A stretch of 64,000 nt of DNA from Lytechinus variegatus (taxonomy: Eukaryota), in NCBI RefSeq assembly GCF_018143015.1, contig NC_054742.1:73577736-73641735 (forward strand). The letters run 5' to 3'. The notes below the pieces were generated by a model that ran no database searches, was not told the DNA's origin, and saw only the letters and a program-made list of their open reading frames with translations. Position 1 is the stretch's first letter. Each line of letters begins with the position of its first letter. The translations under genes and the position numbers were made by a program. Shown in pieces: positions 25,085 to 37,832 of this stretch.

Positions 25085-25640
25085 TTGGTATGCCTTTAGA
25101 AAGTAAGGTTAATAGGGAAACAAAATTGTCCTGCATGATATACTAGTCTGCTATGCAGACTCTGAATGGCTCGTGAGGTGGGATCTGCTACTGGTTTGCG
25201 AAGCAAACCAGTCTGAAAGGGCAAGCGAAGCGAGCTTTGCAGACTCGTTGAATCAGCTGAGGTACACACACTGCAGATGTGGGTCTACATTTGTAGACTA
25301 ATGATATACCTGTATCTGTACAGAGTAATTAATGCAACACCCATATGCCCAAGTCACACCAACGAAGCCGACTCTAAACCGGCCAATGGTATGCTGTTGG
25401 AAAATATCGCTTTAGTTTTGGTATTATGCATGATACAGGTAAACTTACTCCCTTGTTAACCACCTTGGTACGCCTGTAGAGTGGAACGTTTCACAGGGAA
25501 ACAAAAATGTCCTGTGTGAAATATCTGTATCTGTAAAGAGTAATTAATGCAACACCCATATGCTTCAGTCACAACAACGAAACTGACTTTAAACCGACCA
25601 ATGGTATGCCGTTGGAAAATATCATTTAAGTTTTGGTAGG
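25085..25640. repeat. tandem duplication (~180-bp conserved unit, two copies; the second copy lacks an internal ~170-bp segment)
   Basis: ccttggtatgcctttagaaagtaaggttaatagggaaacaaaattgtcctgcatgata...gtacagagtaattaatgcaacacccatatgcccaagtcacaccaacgaagccgactctaaaccggccaatggtatgctgttggaaaatatc is repeated at 25462..25640 with about 90 percent identity. Confidence 0.7.
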
Positions 25641-26464
25641 TGTGAAGTAGGTTTCGCCAGTGTACCTGTGACGATATCTGTAAGTATCAATGGTACCCGG
25701 GCTAAACAGGATGGTGAAATTAGAACACGTGCATGCTGAAAAAATGCCACTGATTGATCTGCAAAAAGTCTCTGCATTACTAATTGCTTTTATATTTATC
25801 CATTCCACATCTTCCAGAGGAAGACGTCCTCGACCTTCTGTTGTTCTGTCGGCTGGCGAAGGTTTCTGGTAATGATCCCAAGGAAACAACTTGATCCATT
25901 ACCTTTAACTCGGGATCTATGATGCTCGCTTACTCAGACCCTCAATGGCTTCCCCCGCGACAAATTGCTTAAGACGTTCGGAATTATTTCATTTACGAAT
26001 GTCCAGACATTGGATTTGCGTGTAGCTGTCCATCTCATGCTTATTTTGGTTGTGCACTCATTCCGGAGATTGGAGTATGAGAAACGGGTCTGATCTCGAT
26101 GGCTCTTGTTAACAGTTGTAATTGCTTCGGTATGAGATGTCCTCTTTTGATTTTCCTGGTCAGACATGGCAGCAGAAACAATCTATACAATGTGGAAGGA
26201 AGTAACCATATTGAAACATCCTTCCTAATTACATTGATCTTCAAATGACTAATTTTGATAGCACAAATGGAATGTTTGTATTCATTTTTGACATTATTAT
26301 TAGCGTAAATGTACTTCAAGACATATCCTTAGATCATGTATATACTCTGTAAATTAGGGCTGAAAATTGAAATTCAATGGATGTGAACTACACGAAGATG
26401 CTTGGAAAATTGTGGTTGAAAATCAGAATGAAATGGAATTTAAAAATGTAAATTTGATAGTTTA

Positions 26465-27375
26465 TTTCCAGTTCGTCCAATTGCCAACTCATCTACTACC
26501 ATTTGGTCTATCATCAGTTCGTCTACTCACCACACTGTCTATTTTCATTTAGTCTAATACCATTCCGTCTAATAACTAGTTGGTCCAATAGCCATTTAGT
26601 CCATATTCCATTTGGTCTAATTAAACTAAAGTGTTAACTGTGAAACTGAATGAAAAGAAGATGGGTATTAGACCAAGCTGGAGATATTTATATCTCAATA
26701 AATAGTAAAATTCACAAAGCAAAAATTTTTTATCAAAATCGGATATCAAATAACAAAGTTATTGAATTCTAAAGATTTGCATTATTCCAGTGAAACAGTT
26801 CGAGGCAAATCTTCATGAATATTCATTAGGTGGGCTGATGATGTCATATCCCCACTTGTTCTTTTGTATTTTATTATATCATATATGAAATTAGGTTTTT
26901 TCAAAATTTTCTACCAAGAACTAAAATCATTGGATTGACAACTGGTTAAGTGCTTTAGTTATTTATTGCTGCAACTTATTTCATCATAATGGAGACACAA
27001 CATTTACACGTGTATGAAAAAAATGAAACAATTATGATTTCATGTAATAACATAAGAAAAAGGAAAGTGGGAATATGACATCATCAGCACACCTAATGAA
27101 TACTCATGACGATGTGCATATAACTGTTTTCACAAAATATTGATAAACTTAAAAATGCAATAACTTCTTTTTTTTATATCCGATTTTGATGAAATTTTCT
27201 GTATTGTGCTCTGTGAATTTTACTCTTTTTTTTAGATATGAATATTTTCAGCCCGGACCATCCCTTTAAACGAAATGTTGATTGACAGAATGGCATTAGA
27301 CTAAATGAAGGTAGACCATGTGTGTGAGTGGACGAGTTGGCAGTGGACGAATTGGAAATTTACCAATTTGAGTGC
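26465..27375. mobile_element. foldback element with subterminal tandem ~20-bp repeats (catttggtctaat-type) enclosing a family A-like core
   Basis: Outer inverted repeats are cgtccaattgccaactcatc (about 26472) and gacgagttggcagtggacgaattgg (about 27330). Arrays of ccatttggtctaa-like subrepeats sit on both sides. The core 26690..27240 is homologous to family A arms (atccgattttgatgaaattttc...). Confidence 0.55.
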
Positions 27376-29667
27376 TAGTAGTTCAAGACTTCCCTGTGAG
27401 CTACACATAGATGCTTTGTAAATTGGGGCTACCCCATCAATTTTCCATGATCCAATCATAATTAGAATAGGAAATAAATCTAATTACAATTACTTTCAAA
27501 TATATATATATACATGTGCATATATCATTGTTAATACCCCTGCTAAATAAAGTTTTAATGGGGATTATAGGATTTGGGCGGGTCATCGTTTGGTTGGTCA
27601 GTCGATTGCAAATCTTTTGGTTTTATCTTCTTCCTCACTTTTTGCCCAATGCTCCGTGACTTGGGCAATACATGTTGGCCTTGGAATGAAGAAGTGCAAG
27701 ACACATTTTAAAAGAATTATTTCTTTATAAGTTTGTTTTATCCTGGACATTCCCAGTCCAGTCAATTTGTCCTCTTTGACACTGTTTTTACTGGTGGGAG
27801 GATCCCCCTGGCCCCCTACTTCTGTCTCTTGTTTATAATTGGGAGGATATGAGATCACGTGTTTGATCCCAAGCCCTCGTTACCTGCCCCCAAACAGTTG
27901 CTGGCTACTGTCACAGCCAGTGATGCAGTCAAGCAACCACATCAAGAATGGTTGTCCTAGAGTAGAAAGATATCCTATGTTCACAGAAGTAACACATCCT
28001 ATTCTCTAAGGAAAAATCTACAGTAATGCTTTCAGCATCCATTATTGCTTAGGATTTTTACCACTGCCATTTCCTCTCTCCCGAGTCTCCTCAGCTGCTC
28101 TTATTTTCTTTTTTTACATCTGAATATATTTTGAAAATGCTATAGGGAATCTCCATTTACTCTTACCCATTTCTCTGTTTTCTTCGATAACATACATTTC
28201 TCGGGGGTGCACAGAATTGCCTTTGAAAAGTTAAGAATTACCATTGACCTTCATTACTATAAACAAGTGGAATTCAAGTACAGTGCTTGTCCTCGTCCTT
28301 TCATCATTCCAGGTACTCTCACAATACCACATGTATTATAAATTTCCTTCCATCGTTTCCCTTTCAATCCGTCTGTCTGTATGTCTACATCTTCCTCTCC
28401 TCCCCCCCCCCCCTCTCTCACTGTCTATTTCTGTCTGTCTTCTTTTCCAAGTAATTCTGTCCACCGCTCTGTCATCTTTATCTTCTCAGTCTTTCTTACA
28501 GGGACATTAAACCTTAGTTCTTGCTTTTAAATTTCTTTTGTATCTTGTGTAAAATCTTTTGAACTTGAGAAGTACAGTGTACATAAAAATAAAACTTTTC
28601 AACAAAAATCTTGTTGATGATAATTAATTCGGTATGAACACCGAAGGCAATTGGAAAAGATTGTTTTCAATATTGCAAGTTTCTATGAAGGTGCATCAAA
28701 TTGCTCTCATACATGTAGTATATATTATAAAGCACATTTTGTTGGACGAAATATGTCTTTTTGTACATGATTCTAATTCTTGGCTTGTTCCTCAAAACTA
28801 TATGTAAAACCCATCATCCAGGCTTCTGCTATTCTCCAGAGTTTCATTTTTTGTCACATTTTGTTGCTTGGGTACTTCCTCAATATTTCATGTCAGTTTG
28901 TTTTCTTTGCTTGGCTTTCCTCTTCCTGGCGTCGGTTGAAGTAGGTCGGATGTCGCACTTGATGTTGAAACATCAAAAGTTGTGAAATATGATCGGAGGA
29001 CACGATGCGGAGCAAATCAGTAATTGAACTGCCAAGATCTTAATTAGCATCTTGCTTAGAGCTCTCATAAGCTTGCAGGTCGAGATTTTGATTATCAGTG
29101 ATTCTCGTTTACGATGGACTAATACTCCTTTTAACTCTATTTCTACTTTCTTTGAACATATCCCTCCAGCTGCGTGCACCGCCAAGTGAAGACAGATGCG
29201 TGATAAATTCCTCATTCTTATCTTCAGAGTTTTCAACAACTGTAGATATAGGCCATAAAGCATTTATTACAAACAATTTGCTCTAGTTAACTTGTTCTGT
29301 GTATCACTCTCTTAAAAAATACATTTTATCCTCAAATTTTCTGTTGATATCTCAAATTTTGAAATTGGGTCACAATCCCCCCTCACCGCCCCCCCAAAAA
29401 AAAAAATCTCAAATCTTCTGATTGGATCATATCTACCGGTATTAAAATATTTGCAGATGATTAGGGTTAGTTTGGCAAAAGGATGTGTTTTGTGTTGTGT
29501 TTTTTATAAGATGACATCAGTTTATAGAAAGAATACACATTTCCATATCATTGACATTCCTTTCAGAATTTGAGTATTTCTGAAGAAATCTTGCAACATT
29601 AGAGGTCATAAGTATTTGGGGAAATTAAAAAAAAGCATAGAAAAAAGTCGGGGCTTTTCAGTGAATT

Positions 29668-29839
29668 CACTAATACCTTGGTCACATTTGTTCTACGGCG
29701 GCCGTACGGCTAGTCGAAAACAGCCATTTTATTAATTTCATGTCAAACCACCTATATATGGTTGGACAAAAATGTTAAAACGGCTGTTTTCGACTAGCCG
29801 TACGGCCGCCGTAGAACAAATGTGACCAAGGTATTAGTG
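29668..29839. mobile_element. perfect-palindrome MITE (~170 bp), TA-flanked
   Basis: It runs cactaataccttggtcacatttgttctacggcggccgtacggctagtcgaaaacagcc ... exact reverse complement. The two arms are almost identical. Confidence 0.7.
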
Positions 29840-29895
29840 TCGAAAGTCTTTTCAGTTTGGAGAAGCCTCCAAGATGTAAGGTTTGATCCTGCTCA

Positions 29896-30262
29896 CTTGC
29901 AAAAGGGGTTAGGTCCATTTTCATCAAATTTGATTTTTTTTTTATGTATTAATGCATAGATTCTTAGTAGCTCTATAAGATGATACCAAAGAAAAGTTGA
30001 AATTCCCATTAAAAAGTAAACAAAAATCACTCTTTTTTTAAGGGGTTAGGTCCATTTATGTTAGGTTGCAAAAGGGGTTAGGTCCGCAAATAGTTTTTTT
30101 GGTAAAGAATATTTTTAACAATATGAAGACTGGTACATTTCTTTTATACACAATATAGTACATCATGACAATTTAGTTTCTCTTAAGAATATTGCAATAA
30201 GTGAGAATAAAAACATGATTTTTCTTGGAATGGTCAAAAGTGGACCTAACCCCTTTTGCAAC
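29896..30262. mobile_element. MITE with TIR ttgcaaaaggggttaggtcca (~370 bp)
   Basis: Left end is cttgcaaaaggggttaggtccattt and right end is tggacctaaccccttttgcaa. Internal direct copies of aaggggttaggtcc occur at about 30043 and 30068. Confidence 0.65.
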
Positions 30263-32389
30263 CAAACTCTTCAGATATAAATTAGTTATTTCTGTGAATC
30301 ACTTGTCCACACTTCCTGTAAAAAAAGATTATTCACCAATCTCAATCATAAATGAAGTCAATATTGGTTTTCAATTTTTCTATCCCAAAAATATAAATCA
30401 TTCGGCAAAAGAGACATTTTCTTCAGTTGCCTTTCTCAACTCCTACATGTACTTTCCGCTCACTGAACGAACATCCGATTAGCATGAATTGAATTACTTT
30501 AATAACGAGGAGGAAAGGGAGATGATGTTATTGTGATTGGTAATGAATGTGCATCCGATTGGATAATGTTAACTTAATATCTTCTCCTCCTCCCCGTCAG
30601 ACTTGCCACAGGTGCTCTCGTTATACCCCATCAGCTATTACAACAACAAATTTCACAATTGTCGCTCCAATTACATGCATTACAGGCAATACAAGTTAGA
30701 AGCCCAGGGCCAGTATTTAATTCTGACCACTGATCGACTAAGTACGGAAATTTATTATACTCATTCAGATCACTTTTTAAAGTATTTTGCTTTCAAGCCA
30801 AATACATCCTAATAACCATTATATACCTCAAATCATGGAAAATGCCTCAAATGAGGGAATTTTAATAGGCCCTAAAGTCGAAAACACGGTAGTCAGTCAG
30901 ACTCTGTTTCTGTTATATTGTGATCCATATCAAAATACATCCATTGAATGACTGGTTATGGTGGTATTAGTGAGTTTTGTATTATTGTTTTTATACTGAA
31001 AACACATGTAATTCACTGCAACAACTTAGAAAAATGCGAAACTGGGAATGGATTTAAAAAATTATCAGGGAATTTTTCAAACTTCATCAGGGGAAAATCA
31101 GGGAATTTTATTTTCTTGAAAAACTGGGAACCCTGATGATTAGAAAAAATAGACAACTAAACAGTGAAGATGATTACGTAAGCAGAATACTGAATAAAAT
31201 ACTCCCTGAAAACTGAAATCCAGCCCAGGTATTTTGGAAGGACTGCGCAGGGCTACTTCCTTTGAGCGTGCTCTGCGCTTGCTGGTGAGGAGTATACACT
31301 CATAAATGCCAAGAATTTAATTATAGGTGGCTGTCATTTGGCGACCACTGTTCATCGACAGGGAATCATCTAGTGTTTTATTACCTATTAATATTGATAG
31401 CTTGGGTGCCATATGCTGTCCAAAATATGGCAAAAGAACAATGATGTTATGAATCATAGTCGCTTACTCTTTAAAGGTAAAAGACAGTAATTGCAGCAAA
31501 TATTTATTTCATGAGAAAGTCATTTAGATAAAGGTTAATTGTCAAAATAATTTCAGACATCTAGATCTGGTACATAAATGTAAAACTTATCTTTGTAAAA
31601 TCATGAAATCTTAGCTCAAAATTGATATTTCTGATGATCACTTACACAGAAAAGCACATGTTGGGCAGCGCTTTGATATTGCTTTGAAAATACCCGACAT
31701 TTGACGGAATCCCATACTTACTTTGCTCATTTCTCACCATTTATGCATTTTCTTCCAGAGCTACATGTATTTGGCAAATATTTTCTATTATACAAATTCT
31801 TTGGTGTTAATTTCATTGGATTCTTTTCAAATGCATTTTTAGATCGTTACCACAATTCTTCATTAAAGGCTTCGGGTCTTAAGAGTTTTGATATTTTCTT
31901 CATAAATGTAGTTTCAAAGGCAAAAAGAAAAGAAATACAGTTATGTTTATGTAGCATCCAATACAAATGTTTATGAATGTGCAGTAGAGGTACATGTATT
32001 TTGGATCAGTGGTCAAGTGTCCGGGCTATTCGACATTTTGGGTCCAGTGTTCAAACCCCATTGCAGCAATCATGTCCATTGGCAAGGCATTTATCTACCT
32101 TTGTCACTCTCCACCCATGTGTAGATAATTCCTTGCTAAAATACCTGAAGCTGTGCTAAAGATAATGTAATCATAATGCAGTGCTTTTGTATTAAAAACT
32201 GTAAATTTGCTGGGTTTTTTTTTATAAAGTGAAATAAAATTCCTCCAAGAGATCTTGATAATATCAGCATAATGATTTTTTTTTATTCTTTTGTTTTTCT
32301 TTCGCTCTTTCACAAAAGTTTTCATGAAAGTGTGCTGGACTGTGCTGCTTCCTTTATCAGGAATACTGCAATGAAGGCACTATATGACT

Positions 32390-32834
32390 ACGTTCTCATT
32401 ACCGCCCTAAAACTAGTTTACTAAAAACTAGCTTAACGTGTGATGAGAACGGTCGAAGCGGTCTTGGAAGCGATCTTCCAAACCAGTTCAGGAAACCACC
32501 TCGCGATGTAGTTTTCGAGATTGATTTGCCTCGTTAAACTGGTTTTAGCATAAGTTGAGGACACGACTGTTCTTCGGGAAGCGATTTTCGCACATATTGA
32601 GCACACTGCTCCACACACTGTGTGGGAGTGTCTAGAATGTCTATGCTGCGGTTTCGAATTTCGCGCAAAACATGTAACCCTCACTGAGAGCGTTCCCAGA
32701 GCAACAAGGCCACTTTGTGTAAATTGATTTTGAAAACACTTTAGTGTGCTCAAGAGGGAACGTGAGCAGAGCGATCTTCCAAACTGGTTTCCTGAAACGC
32801 TTTTGAGTAAACTAGTCAGGAAGAGAACGGTGGC
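32390..32834. mobile_element. MITE family C, copy 3
   Basis: Its ends are cgttctcattaccgccctaaaactagtttactaaaaactag ... aaactagtcaggaagagaacggtggc. Confidence 0.7.
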
Positions 32835-33543
32835 TTTTAGGAAGTATAATGAAATGATGTTTATGTCTTTTCATTGCGCCTCTCTTGCATGATTTTGTCC
32901 ATTATGAAAATAAAAGGATTGCTAATGAAAGCCCGCTTGTTCATTTCCGTTGAGAAAGGCGTGGCTCTGACCAGGTGCCTGATAACTTTCTCTTTTTATG
33001 CCCCCCCCCCACCTTCAATGGTCAAGGGATAATGCAGAGGAAGTTTTCAATCCATCTGGATAATCCATAAAGATCAATGCTAGTATTAAAAATAAACTTA
33101 AAGATTTTATTTTTGTTATACAGATTGAGGGTCAAACTGACCGCGTGAGGCCACTTGAGGCAATAACAATTCAAGATCACTATTTGTGGCATTTATGATG
33201 TGTATTGGAAAAGAAATTTAAAGTTCTTTCCTTGGCAGGATTTATCAAGTTTTCTTTATATCAATGGCCCACACTTCTACACAAAGTAGGCCCTATTTAT
33301 AATCACACAATGGATTTCTAATTTGCTCTTGTTTGGGAAAGAAAGGGTATTAGCTTCCATTGTGAAATGTGAAAGTATTTGAGGTCACCTTTTCACAAAA
33401 ATAATCAGATTCTACCCTCCCCCCCCCCCTTCATCAGTGCCCATTCAGCCGATATTGATGTGGGGTGGAATATTGTGACTTTCAAAAGTCTCCCTCTATA
33501 TTTCGCTTTGGGATAGGTATGGATGGAACAAATTGAACATCTT

Positions 33544-33945
33544 ATACCCCTTTCATAAACCCAATTAAAATGAATTAGGCGGCTAATAGCAGCATAATTT
33601 GGTCGTAAAATTGGAGGAGGACAAGAGTTATCCGCATTACTCTGATGCTGCTATTATCCGCATAATAGCGGCATCGGGATAAGATTTTGAGTTTATGAAC
33701 GCATTTCCAAATAATGCGGATAATTGCCATGGTGCGGTCACAAGGTCACCCTTTTCCAACACAACCGCATCGGAGGGGGCGTGTCCAGTTGTCATGGCGA
33801 TTATCCGCCTTTTTCAGGACGGGCGCTCGTAAAAATAATGCGGCTTATTTTCGGAGTTTATGAATGCAATTTTTATTGAATTATCCGCATTACTCTTAGG
33901 CGGCTAATTGGAGGATAGGTTTATGAAAAGGGTATAACTCTATCT
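33544..33945. mobile_element. MITE family B, copy 2
   Basis: It has the same TIRs and is near-identical internally to copy 1. Confidence 0.8.
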
Positions 33946-34904
33946 GTATATTGATTTGATTTCTGTTTGTGGCGTGATGGTCAAGGTGACCACATGAGGC
34001 CATTCTATCAGGTGTTTTTGATGATTCCTTGCAACATTGACATGATGTTTTAGTTTGACCATGGCATTCTATGAAGAATAGAGAATAGATAAAAATATAG
34101 GCCTAGGTCAGATATATATGTATATACTGTTAATGATATCAATTGGTCAACCTTGTCCTAGGCTGGAATACTGTGCTTATTCTTTTGATCTATGATTTCC
34201 TTTTTTACGCCTTGCCCAATTGGTGAGTCAGATGCAGCAACACTATGATAATACTTAATGTATTATCTTTAAAACCATTGCAATAATTACTTTTATGTTT
34301 ACATGTATTAAAATATGTTGTATAAAGAAAGATAGTACCCCCCCAAAAAAAAAAAAAGTGAAGTATAATATTATGAATTAATGAATAAAATTCATTTGTA
34401 ATTAAATAAGATAAATCAATAAATAACTGATAAGGTATATTAATGCATCATAATCATGACTATTCAGAATTCATCCCATTCATATTGTGTAATTAATAAT
34501 TGTTACTAGTTTAGGGGGTTAGGCCTACATTAGGCAAACCAACAAAGTGACAAATAGCTTTGCAGCAGGAAGCAGATTTTTTTTAATCACTGCTTTGTAA
34601 TAAATCAAACAAACTAACCTTGATAGATATGTTAGCAAATCTACTAACAAAATACTTTAAAGTATTAGATAGTTTGCTGAGTAATCAGACTCTTGATATG
34701 CATGGGACACTCCTCCCTGAAACAGTTTAGAGTAGAAAAACAATTCTTACATATGTCTTATGACATTTGTCAATGTCTTTTCAAGAAATCAAGAATTTGT
34801 AAACAAGTTTGCGAAGTGATTAAGCATTGTGTTAACTGAGTTTTGATTGGAAAGATTAATGAGTTGGTGCTCTTCAGGAGTAGATTGAGGGGATGTATCA
34901 TCCA

Positions 34905-35065
34905 CTTGGTCTTCACACATTTGGTCTAATTTAATAGTCTAACACCACATGGAATAAACTCATTTGGACTGCTATCAGTTTTGTACAATTACCAATTGGT
35001 TTGAACATCTTTTGGTCTAAAACTCACTTGGTCTACTGCCATTTAGTCTAGTGCCTAGATCTAAT
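34905..35065. repeat. array of catttggtctaat-type ~20-bp subrepeats (same motif as subterminal repeats of the 26465..27375 element)
   Basis: Successive units are ccacttggtcttcacacatttggtctaattt...ctcatttggactgc...tcttttggtctaaaactcacttggtctactgccatttagtctagtg. Confidence 0.6.
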
Positions 35066-35779
35066 ATCCCCTTTGTCAACTTTTTTTTAAATTTTGCTCT
35101 TGGTCAAAATGAAAACTTGGTCCTTACATAGGGAATGCTAGAAGTAAGCTCTCAAGGAAGAGACTTTCTTCTAATATTTGGTAATCATGAATTTTCCCAT
35201 TTTTTCAGGATCGAGAATGAATTATTTTGTTAAAGATCATGGAATAAAGAGACTCTCTTTGTATTTTTCAATCGTTTTATCATAAATATTCCCTCAACCT
35301 TTAAAACATCCTCCCCCATGAACCCTCTACTTCCAACGAGGAAGGGAAGCCCTCACCAATTATAAACTTCACCTGTTGAGTGGTTGTTTGGCATGTACGT
35401 GGGCTATTCTTCAGCGCTGTCTACTAATTAAGAGGGAATGAACTCGGCAAACATGGGGTGTATTTTTAGCCTCGGTGTGGTATTTTCCAAGTCATGGGTT
35501 TCCTTTTATGATCTTCACCCCTGAATTAGAAGATTACAGAACGCCTTTTCCCTTTCTCATTCATCAACATAGCATGGATCCTAGTCTGCTGTGCAAACCC
35601 TTCACTCGAGTTCAGGGTCTGAATGTGCAGCCTACTCATGCCTTGTGTACTGAAGGCCCTCTGAGTGCTAGTCTTTTTTTGCGTGGAGACACACTTGTTG
35701 ATCAAAGTTTCAATCAGGGTTTGTGTCTGCAGACTACATGCATCCTGGGGATTATTCTCATGAATCAAATAGCTAGTGA

Positions 35780-35884
35780 TTTTCACTGACTATTGTTATA
35801 AGCTACCAAAATCCTTGCATCTGATTGGCTCTGAACAAGTTTGTTGTTGCAAATCACTGACAAGGTACTTTGTAAAAGTGTCCC
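35780..35884. mobile_element. MITE family D copy
   Basis: The core is ataagctaccaaaatccttgcatctgattggctctgaac. Confidence 0.55.
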
Positions 35885-37289
35885 GGAGTCTGGGGTAATA
35901 GTAACCTAGGGTTGTGTTCAATAACATTTCTCAAGAAAGGATCAGTAAAGCAAGTCGCAAATCAAATGCAAACACGAAACATGATTACTTGAGAAGAGCA
36001 TGATTTCAAGTACAATGTTAAGTGATGGTATTGGTGTTGAGAGCTTGAAAAATCTCTTGAACCAAGCTCCAACACTGAGCTGGGTTCATTTATAAGTATG
36101 ATACCAATCACGTTATTATTACCGTTTGACTTCTCACTCAGGGAAAAAAATCACAGGCGCTTGGGTCGATTTGGCCCTCAAAATGTTTTCAAAAAACCTG
36201 AATTTATAAAAAGAAACAGCCTTAAAAATTCCCTACTCACTGCAATGTTGCAGGTTTGGGCAGAAGGTTGTGAAAACCAGCCCTCGAAGATAAAATACCT
36301 GTATTTATTTTCTGCCCGGTCTCAGTTCTCTGCTGCGCTACTGATCACTGCAACTTCAGGCGAGAAGCCTTGATGACGAAAGTGAAATCGGGGAGAAATT
36401 TCAGTGATATTTCATCATAAAGAATACAAATCTAAAATAACGTCAAAAATCTGACACATCCATGGTTCCGCAGAATATTCTTTAAAGACACATTTTTTCT
36501 TAATGTTTGATATTCACGTTTGAAAACTTCATTTATGACTGACTAGAAATCTATTGAACACAACTGCCTTGGAAGTCCTATAAAGCTTCTTGCAAACCTT
36601 GTTTCTAGGGTAAAAACATACCGATAGAACACAGCCTAGGTGATATCATTTTATAGACCGCTGGTGTATATTTAGGTTTTAAAAACTACATGGCATCAGC
36701 ACTGAATGTCAGGGTTATTCTCGTTATGCATGCAGTATCAAGGGAGAAAATAACTTCAGGGAATTCAATGATAATGTCCCATGTAATTTACTCTTGTTAA
36801 TTTCCTAAGATATTCCAGGTAAACGCTGACATTTTCTGTATGTATATATTGTGTTGGTATTTTGTGGGTTGTCTGGGGTATATACATATATATTTAAGTC
36901 CAATGACCAAGCATTCTGAAAGTATAGAAAGAACAAATTTAAGACTAAGAAAATAGGCACATGAAGGAATCTAATATTCTTAACCATATTTTCATTTTCT
37001 CTGTTATATCACCTCCTTTTCTGTATTATTGACCTATATATGGCTGTTCATTGTTGACAATATTTGTTTTGAAAATGGAATAAAATAAAAATCACAATAA
37101 TAGTTTAATATTTGTACAATGGTGTCTTCAGTCATAGTCTCTCTTTCTCTTTATGTCCTAAACATTCTTTTTCAGAGATGATTTCTTATTACCGATATAC
37201 AGTTTATGTGTTTCTCGAGGTCCCTCCACTTTGAGGAGGGCTTCAGATTTTTTCTTTTATCTGCATTACCGTTAATCATAATTACATGT

Positions 37290-37375
37290 ATTTGACCAGT
37301 GTATTGGCTCAGTTGGTAAGAGCATCTGTCTCACAAACGGGAGGTTGGGGGTTCGAACCCTGGCTGCGTCAGACC
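37290..37375 (+). pseudogene. tRNA-like sequence (tRNA pseudogene or head of a different tRNA-derived SINE)
   Basis: ggctcagttggtaagagca is D-arm-like. ggttgggggttcgaaccctgg is T-arm-like. The candidate anticodon loop ctCACaa would correspond to tRNA-Val-like CAC. The 5' and 3' ends (gtattgg / cgtcaga) do not pair into an acceptor stem. Confidence 0.35.
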
Positions 37376-37730
37376 AAAAGAAGTTAAAAGATGGGAGCTG
37401 CTGCTACCCTATTTGACGTTCAACTATCAAAGGAATAGAGACTCGTCGATCTGGCGCTGCACAGCAACTGCTGGGCCCACAATCAATTGGGCAAAGCAAT
37501 TTTTCGGAGTATTTCATTTCATGTTTATGTTGAACAATAAAAATATGGATTTATTTATTAACTATTTCAGAATGAGTTATACATGTATGCTTTGTATTCA
37601 ATTGATTTGTGGAAAAATGAATGAAATTAATTTTTTTATGATGAATTGACATGCTGATGTAAAATATCTCAATCATAACTGATTATTCATCTCTTTTTTT
37701 TCTTTCTCTGTCTTTTAACTTTCCTTACAG

Positions 37731-37832
37731 CTGAAGGGAGCAGTGACTAGTCTAGCTCTCAGCCAGGATCACATCGTTTCAGCCTCCAGTGACGGCACAG
37801 TGAAGTTCTGGAACAAAGACTTTTCCAAACAG
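37731..37832 (+). CDS. WD40-repeat exon (LKGAVTSLALSQDHIVSASSDGTVKFWNKDFSKQ)
   Basis: Acceptor ttaactttccttacag ends at 37730 and donor GTAAAT starts at 37833. It carries the classic SASSDGTVKFW motif and is phase 0 to 0. It has the same strand and repeat type as the upstream exons, so it is either a distal exon of the same gene across a ~25-kb repeat-filled intron, or a neighbouring WD gene. Confidence 0.55.

Noticed and set aside
31977-32110. Possible additional SINE with a T-arm-like ggttcaaaccc box
   Set aside because: There is only a single short box and no second copy in the window to define boundaries, so it was not reported as a feature.
37290-37375. Possible functional tRNA-Val gene
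   Set aside because: The sequence flanking the D- and T-arm-like boxes cannot form a 7-bp acceptor stem and the anticodon stem needs several G-U pairs. I therefore kept it as a tRNA-like pseudogene or SINE head only.
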